Part shown: positions 59,073 to 64,000 of the stretch, piece by piece
How the letters are laid out: each line of letters opens with the position of its first letter
Numbering within the stretch: position 1 is the first letter of the stretch
NCBI GenBank assembly: GCA_051117555.1
Contig: JBNPEG010000026.1
Location: forward strand, 1-64,000
Source of the DNA: Elainellaceae cyanobacterium
Lineage (GTDB): Bacteria; Cyanobacteriota; Cyanobacteriia; CAZCXK01
Direction of reading: 5' to 3'
DNA length: 64,000 bases
Made by a program: the position numbers and the translations under genes
Notes under the pieces: generated by a model
What the model was told of the DNA's origin: nothing
What the model saw: the letters and a program-made list of their open reading frames with translations, nothing else
Databases searched by the model: none

Positions 59073-61028
59073 CTAATCATTTATAAAATCTTCAGGTATT
59101 AAAGCTTTTCCATGTGTCCATGGTTCTTCAACAAGTGCTTCTTGAAATTTTCTGTTGCTCAAATTTGCATGTTCCAAAACAATGATCTGAAATCTTGGAA
59201 AAAGTTCCTCACAAAATCCATGTAGAAGTTCGAACATTCTTTCGACAGCAACTATATCTGCATTTGAACTGAGGGTTTCTTCAACTGTGATATCTTCCAG
59301 AGAGAGATAAGTTTCTCTGGAAGGGAAATATACTTGTGACGGCTGATCTAATATTAGAAAGCGGGGAACTGGGCGTTGTTTTTCCACAAAGTGTTTATGC
59401 AAGCCTAGGTGAGCGATCAAATGGCAGCCGAGCCAATTTTCGCCACTTCCCATGCGATCCATGGGGATTGGTCTTTCAGTTCTATCTGCTATTACAGTTA
59501 GTTTCTTTAAATCAAGACGATATGGTGATCCACAATGCTCAAGTTCAAGAAAGTTTGCCCACTCAGTCATTTGCTGACCAATCCTATTTAGAACTGATGT
59601 AATAATCTCATCTATCTCAATTGGATCATGTTGGGATTCTAAATCTTCGACTCTTCGCTGAGCAGAATTAACACTGATTCTTAGTTCAGAAGACTCATCA
59701 GTGAAATCAACGTCTTCCAAGTAAAGACTAATTCGACCAATCACTCTGGCAACCCTAGAATTGAAATCACGCATTCTTCGAGCTGCTTCCTCTTCTTCTA
59801 AAATCCCTTGAATGGCGAGCTCTACTTCAGACATCTGATGTTGTATTTCTAACCGTTGCTCCTTTAATTGTTGTATATATTCTCGCAATCTGGGTTGCTT
59901 TCCTTCCACAATATGAACACTATTGCTTAAATCTTCGAGTGAACTTTGTATCGCCATTGTGGAAGGAACAGGTTCTGAAAGCTCAGAACTACACAAAGGA
60001 CAAAGATGACTAGAGTTATCGTTTTCATGACGAAATAGATTTACCGTTTCTAATCTAACTAATTGTTGGTTAGCTTCATTTGAGTAACCCTCAGCTTCTC
60101 TCACAAAAGATTCGGCGGCCTCAACCTGTTCCTGTTTTCGCTTTAATTCTGTATATAATCTCTCTCTCTCCTGTTGAAGCACTGGGAAGCGGTCATCGAC
60201 TATTCCTGCTTGCAAATCAGTAGGTACCCATGTAAGGGTTTGTCTCAATGCCGACAAAATTTCTTCTGGACTTTCAGCTATAAGCTCTGACTCGACTAAA
60301 CCAACTTGTCTGGCTTCTGATAGAAGTCTTTGACCAATATCAGTTTGATTGCTAGCGATAGATAGAGCTTCATATAATCTTCGCTGAGCAAGTCTGAGTT
60401 CTCGGCGTGCAACTCGTAATTCTTGTTCTAGAATAAGCTGATCTTCCTGGGTAACGCCTAGAAAATACGGCAGAGAGTCTTTGATAGCTTGTGGAATAAA
60501 TTGTTCTTGCTGTCTGTGAAATAGTAAACGTCTATTAGCAATTTGATTTTGGTCCTGAAAAAGATAGAAACTAGCATGCCTAATATCAGCTCTTAAAGGC
60601 TCCCTAGATTGCCCTAAATCTGGAGTATTTTGATTTGCGGAAATCCCTATCAGACCTGAGAGAAAAGTCTTAAGAGCACTGTCATTCGTGTTAGGTTCTA
60701 AATCAGCTATTTCAGGTATTTCAATATTTTCGCTAATCTCATAATAGGCTTGACTTTGGGTTATACTATATCCAGATGGACTAGGTTTTCCGATAAAAAG
60801 TTGACTGCCCGGCAGCTGAAAGAGAACGGCATACCAAGACACTGTATCTCTAATAATTCCTTCTGGAATTTGGAAATTTGAGCTTCCAAGGCAATAGTCT
60901 ACAATATCGATAATCGCAGACTTTCCAGTCCTTGACTTTCCAGTAATTATATTAACTTTGCCTAATTCGAAATCGAGAATTCGCTTTCCACCCAATGAAT
61001 TATAAAGAATAATTGACCTTATTTGCAT
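59073..61028 (-). CDS. lmuB: Lamassu/ABC-3C SMC-like ATPase (DUF3732)
   Basis: Walker A GKSRTGKS, coiled coils with CPLC zinc hook, GSGENW signature, LILDQPSQVYF, terminal LEHA. Confidence 0.88.
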   Translation of the reverse strand: MQIRSIILYNSLGGKRILDFELGKVNIITGKSRTGKSAIIDIVDYCLGSSNFQIPEGIIRDTVSWYAVLFQLPGSQLFIGKPSPSGYSITQSQAYYEISENIEIPEIADLEPNTNDSALKTFLSGLIGISANQNTPDLGQSREPLRADIRHASFYLFQDQNQIANRRLLFHRQQEQFIPQAIKDSLPYFLGVTQEDQLILEQELRVARRELRLAQRRLYEALSIASNQTDIGQRLLSEARQVGLVESELIAESPEEILSALRQTLTWVPTDLQAGIVDDRFPVLQQERERLYTELKRKQEQVEAAESFVREAEGYSNEANQQLVRLETVNLFRHENDNSSHLCPLCSSELSEPVPSTMAIQSSLEDLSNSVHIVEGKQPRLREYIQQLKEQRLEIQHQMSEVELAIQGILEEEEAARRMRDFNSRVARVIGRISLYLEDVDFTDESSELRISVNSAQRRVEDLESQHDPIEIDEIITSVLNRIGQQMTEWANFLELEHCGSPYRLDLKKLTVIADRTERPIPMDRMGSGENWLGCHLIAHLGLHKHFVEKQRPVPRFLILDQPSQVYFPSRETYLSLEDITVEETLSSNADIVAVERMFELLHGFCEELFPRFQIIVLEHANLSNRKFQEALVEEPWTHGKALIPEDFIND

Positions 61029-61029
61029 A

Positions 61030-61515
61030 TTATGGACGAACTCCCCACATAGTGAAAAAAGATGTTGGCTCTTGGATTTTAGCCATCCATTGGCCTAGAA
61101 ATTCGGCTCTCCTTATCAAAGAATCTAGCGCTGGATTTTCTGTATTACTATTCAGAGAACGACGAACCCAAGTCACTGTTCCATCTTCCTGGAACGTAAT
61201 TATTCCCGTTTGACAGCCGAATACTATTGCTTCTTTTGTGTGGGGAACTAAATTCCTCATGCGATTGACAAAATCAATTCGAACTTCAGGATTTTCCTGT
61301 AACCAAACATGTAATTTGGTACGAGTAGTAGTGGGTAATACGCTTCGTGTATATGGATGTAAAGTAATTGGCAGAATAAAAAATAGTAAGGCATATGGCA
61401 TGCCAGATCTGCTTTCTCTTTCATATCCTCTAATGCCATATTGGAGCAACACAGCACAAAAAGCAGGATTAAACAGGTTTGCTATTTCAATAGGGCGTCT
61501 TTCCCAAGGCAGCAC
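61030..61515 (-). CDS. lmuC: Lamassu/ABC-3C middle component
   Basis: ANLFNPAFC...LPITLH..TR..LP motif; AGGAG SD before GTG 61515; lies between effector and ATPase. Confidence 0.82.
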   Translation of the reverse strand: MLPWERRPIEIANLFNPAFCAVLLQYGIRGYERESRSGMPYALLFFILPITLHPYTRSVLPTTTRTKLHVWLQENPEVRIDFVNRMRNLVPHTKEAIVFGCQTGIITFQEDGTVTWVRRSLNSNTENPALDSLIRRAEFLGQWMAKIQEPTSFFTMWGVRP

Positions 61516-61525
61516 GGAATAGCTC

Positions 61526-62710
61526 CTATGAAGTTGGTAATAATTGAGCGAGTCTTTCAACGAATTTTGGATGCCAACATATAATAGGTGAAATTTTGTC
61601 AGCTAATATGTGGTAACTTCCACGCATTACATATTCTTCAGCAACCTGTGGCCGTATTCTAATATCTGCAATTTGATCCACCCAGTTATATAATTTTCGC
61701 CCAAATTGTTGATGCGCTGTTTCATCTTCATCTTCAAGAATTAACTCATCCTGAAGCATCAATCGATAGCGATCCCACTCATCAATTAGCTTCTTTTCAT
61801 ATTGCTCTGTTTCATCACTGAACAATAAATCTTCGCGAGCCCATCTAGATCTTTGTTCAAACGCCCTATAGTAATCCAAAATAGCCTTTTCAATGCGCTT
61901 ATTATTAATCGCAATGGCTTTAAGTTGCATCACAAATCGACGATTATCTGCTTCAATATCAGGTGGTTCAGATGGTTGCAGATCAAAATAATCTATGGGT
62001 AAAGCATCAGGTTTAAACTGCTCTGCTATATCCAAGATTTTATCATGTACCTCAAATCCTGAAATTGGCACAGTAGATTCCTCAGTTAGGTGGTTGACCA
62101 CCTTTGAGAACCACCATCCCTCCAACCTCTCATAGAGGCTATTTAAGTGTTCTCGCCTTACAGAAAACTTGATTCTTTGCCTGATTCTTGGGACAACATC
62201 ATTGATTCGGGGTGAAGCGTCAATAATTTGTATAGAGTTAACTAGTTGTTCTTGCTCGGAATCTGTCAACGCATTAAAAGCCTCAAATTCTTTGACTAAA
62301 CTCTGAGTATCTGTAATTTGAGCGATGCTACGTAGCTGCTGTGTCGCTAGTTGTGGGTTCCTATCAGTTCCATGTCTTAGAAGGGATGAGACTGAATTTT
62401 CAGGAGCTATTCCCGTAGTAACTAAGGTAAGCAACGTGTTAGATGATACTAGGCCATCTTTGGTGAGGCTACTCCATACACGAAGCGTCTTCCAGAGATC
62501 TCTACTTCTATCCGTGAGAGACGCTTGGCTTACATGATGTTTCAGTTGCAGAAGTTCCGTAGGTGTACCTTGATCATGAAAGGTGACATCATCGAGGCTT
62601 TCAATTGATAGTTGGAGTTCTTCGCGATTTTCCAAAACAAGGTATAGCGCATAGCGAATTTGGTAAAGATAACCGAGTGCTTGAGGCCCTGCTGAAAAAC
62701 CTGAACTCAC
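61526..62710 (-). CDS. lmuA: Lamassu/ABC-3C effector: Cap4-like PD-(D/E)xK nuclease plus C-terminal domain
   Basis: GYLYQ, E..DDV, QLKHH, DLWKTLRVW; C-terminal RGSYHILAD....WHP; GGAG SD before GTG 62710. Confidence 0.82.
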   Translation of the reverse strand: MSSGFSAGPQALGYLYQIRYALYLVLENREELQLSIESLDDVTFHDQGTPTELLQLKHHVSQASLTDRSRDLWKTLRVWSSLTKDGLVSSNTLLTLVTTGIAPENSVSSLLRHGTDRNPQLATQQLRSIAQITDTQSLVKEFEAFNALTDSEQEQLVNSIQIIDASPRINDVVPRIRQRIKFSVRREHLNSLYERLEGWWFSKVVNHLTEESTVPISGFEVHDKILDIAEQFKPDALPIDYFDLQPSEPPDIEADNRRFVMQLKAIAINNKRIEKAILDYYRAFEQRSRWAREDLLFSDETEQYEKKLIDEWDRYRLMLQDELILEDEDETAHQQFGRKLYNWVDQIADIRIRPQVAEEYVMRGSYHILADKISPIICWHPKFVERLAQLLPTS

Positions 62711-62881
62711 GTCGCTGCTCCACAAGTCAGTTCACGAATCTTATAGAAGCCAAACCGAGGTTTGTACGCCTTTGGAAAGTGTGATTCACACCAAGTGAAA
62801 GTACATCCTAGTTAAATATCATCTCGCTCGATATTGGCATATCAAGTTACTGATACTGACCAAATTTTGAAAAAAGTTGCA

Positions 62882-63328
62882 TTACGACCCTTGTAACCGC
62901 TTCTGCATCGTCTCCAACTTCCGCAAATCCGCTGCCCGCTTCCGCCGTTGATACCGCTCCTTCGCCATCCCATTCACCACCTTCATCGCCTTGGGATGCT
63001 CCGACAGATACTGGTATGCCGCCTCAAACCACACCTCCTTGGTGATCTTCTCATCCATGCAGAGATGCCGCAGCGCCTTATCAATCTCCTCCTCCAACCG
63101 CGTGGTCGTACGCACCAACTGGGGCAGATCAGCCCCTTCCCCCTGACTCATAGACATGCTGACGTCAACACCCGCAGACTCATCAGAGTCACTGTATCTT
63201 GATGTCACGGCTGCTTCTGCATCCGGTTGACGAGACTTCACACGGGACGTTTCCTCCAGCCCGTCATAGCGTGGCGGCACGGTCGGGCGCTGCCGCTGCA
63301 TTAATCTTTCCAGGGCATCTTCATTCAT
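62882..63328 (-). CDS. Putative ParA partner (RHH-type centromere-binding protein)
   Basis: Starts 3 nt after the parA stop; flexible N-terminus then RTTTRLEEEID..L..LC....IT.E strand-helix-helix pattern. Confidence 0.65.
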   Translation of the reverse strand: MNEDALERLMQRQRPTVPPRYDGLEETSRVKSRQPDAEAAVTSRYSDSDESAGVDVSMSMSQGEGADLPQLVRTTTRLEEEIDKALRHLCMDEKITKEVWFEAAYQYLSEHPKAMKVVNGMAKERYQRRKRAADLRKLETMQKRLQGS

Positions 63329-63331
63329 GGC

Positions 63332-64000
63332 CTACACCTGCTCCAAGATCTCAATCACCTGCCGCAGCGGAAATTCCAACTCCCCATACCCCAGCTCTGC
63401 CAATAACCGTCCCTGCCGAATCGCTTGTTTGTAGCGCTCACTCTCCAAAATTGACGGCAGCACTGGAATCTCTCCTGCCACCTGTCGCATCGCCGCGATC
63501 GCTTCCCGACTATCCGTCGCCTGCGATCGCCCGAACCACTTATCGCGAAACGGCAGCACTCCCAGCACCTGCCCCGTAAACGCCCGAATGCGCCGCATCT
63601 CCTCCAACAGCTCCAGGCTGCGCAGTAGCGAGTTCACGCCCTTCATCGAAGCCTCCGCTGGAATTAATACCCAGTCCGACGCCCCCACCACCGATAGACA
63701 AATCTGAGTGCGCTGGGGCGGGGAATCAATCAGGCAAACGTCAAACAACTCACCCACTGCTTCCAAGCTGTAGCGCAGCGCCAACGCTCCCATACCACTG
63801 GTGGCTAAATACTCTTGGGCCTGATGCAATCCCTCATCGGCAGGCAACAGATACAGGTTCTCGTATGCCAGGGGATAAATGCCCGCTGCCGTCTCCACCT
63901 GACGCCTCAGCACTTCTAGGAGCGTCGGGGCATCCGGCTGCACGTCATGGCCTAAATAAAACGTCAGATTTGCCTGGGGGTCCGCATCCACCATCAATAC
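63332..64000 (-). CDS. parA: ParA/Soj-family ATPase (5' end outside window)
   Basis: VDADPQANLT, IDSPP, VLIPAE. Confidence 0.92.
   Translation of the reverse strand, partial: VLMVDADPQANLTFYLGHDVQPDAPTLLEVLRRQVETAAGIYPLAYENLYLLPADEGLHQAQEYLATSGMGALALRYSLEAVGELFDVCLIDSPPQRTQICLSVVGASDWVLIPAEASMKGVNSLLRSLELLEEMRRIRAFTGQVLGVLPFRDKWFGRSQATDSREAIAAMRQVAGEIPVLPSILESERYKQAIRQGRLLAELGYGELEFPLRQVIEILEQV

Larger units (their letters stand above)
52795..64000. mobile_element. Integrative element (phage-satellite / integrated-plasmid-like) at tRNA-Gly; right end outside window
   Basis: Integrase directly downstream of the tRNA, then repressor/Ner switch, xis-like gene, primase-helicase, iteron cluster, TA, defence cargo and ParA. 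Confidence 0.88.

Noticed and set aside
2160..63579. Numerous short ORFs antisense to or nested within well-supported genes
   Set aside because: Shadow ORFs with no recognisable motifs or ribosome-binding sites

Overview
Cyanobacterial chromosome segment: the HIP1 octamer GCGATCGC is frequent and genes such as psb35, a PatA-type regulator and an RRM protein are cyanobacteria-typical. Five blocks are visible. (1) About 1.6-17.9 kb is a stress/dormancy-type cluster: baeRF release-factor-like protein, SLH protein, cation:H+ antiporter, AI-2E transporter, transaldolase, CHAD, DJ-1/PfpI-ferritin-like fusion, atypical pyruvate kinase, rhodanese and Psb35. Several of its promoters share a 16-bp imperfect palindrome (TCTATC-N4-GATAGA-like) 22-23 bp upstream of a -10 hexamer. 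(2) rbp-rpsU and a three-gene D-amino-acid amidohydrolase operon. (3) A complete patA-cheY-cheW-mcp-mcp-cheA chemosensory operon. (4) Housekeeping genes including MscS-DEP, an OYE reductase, lepA, a histidine kinase, phytol kinase, cobA and a chelatase. (5) From tRNA-Gly(CCC) at 52.7 kb to the window end, an integrated satellite/plasmid-like element. It carries a tyrosine integrase, a CI/Ner switch, an excisionase-like gene, a frameshifted primase-DUF3987 replicase followed by an iteron-like GTAGAC cluster, a ParDE toxin-antitoxin pair, a Lamassu (ABC-3C) anti-phage system and a ParA module. Several MITE-like families are present, one with clear 8-bp target-site duplications, along with many short tandem duplications. 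All protein calls come from motif recognition by eye; no database searches were run.
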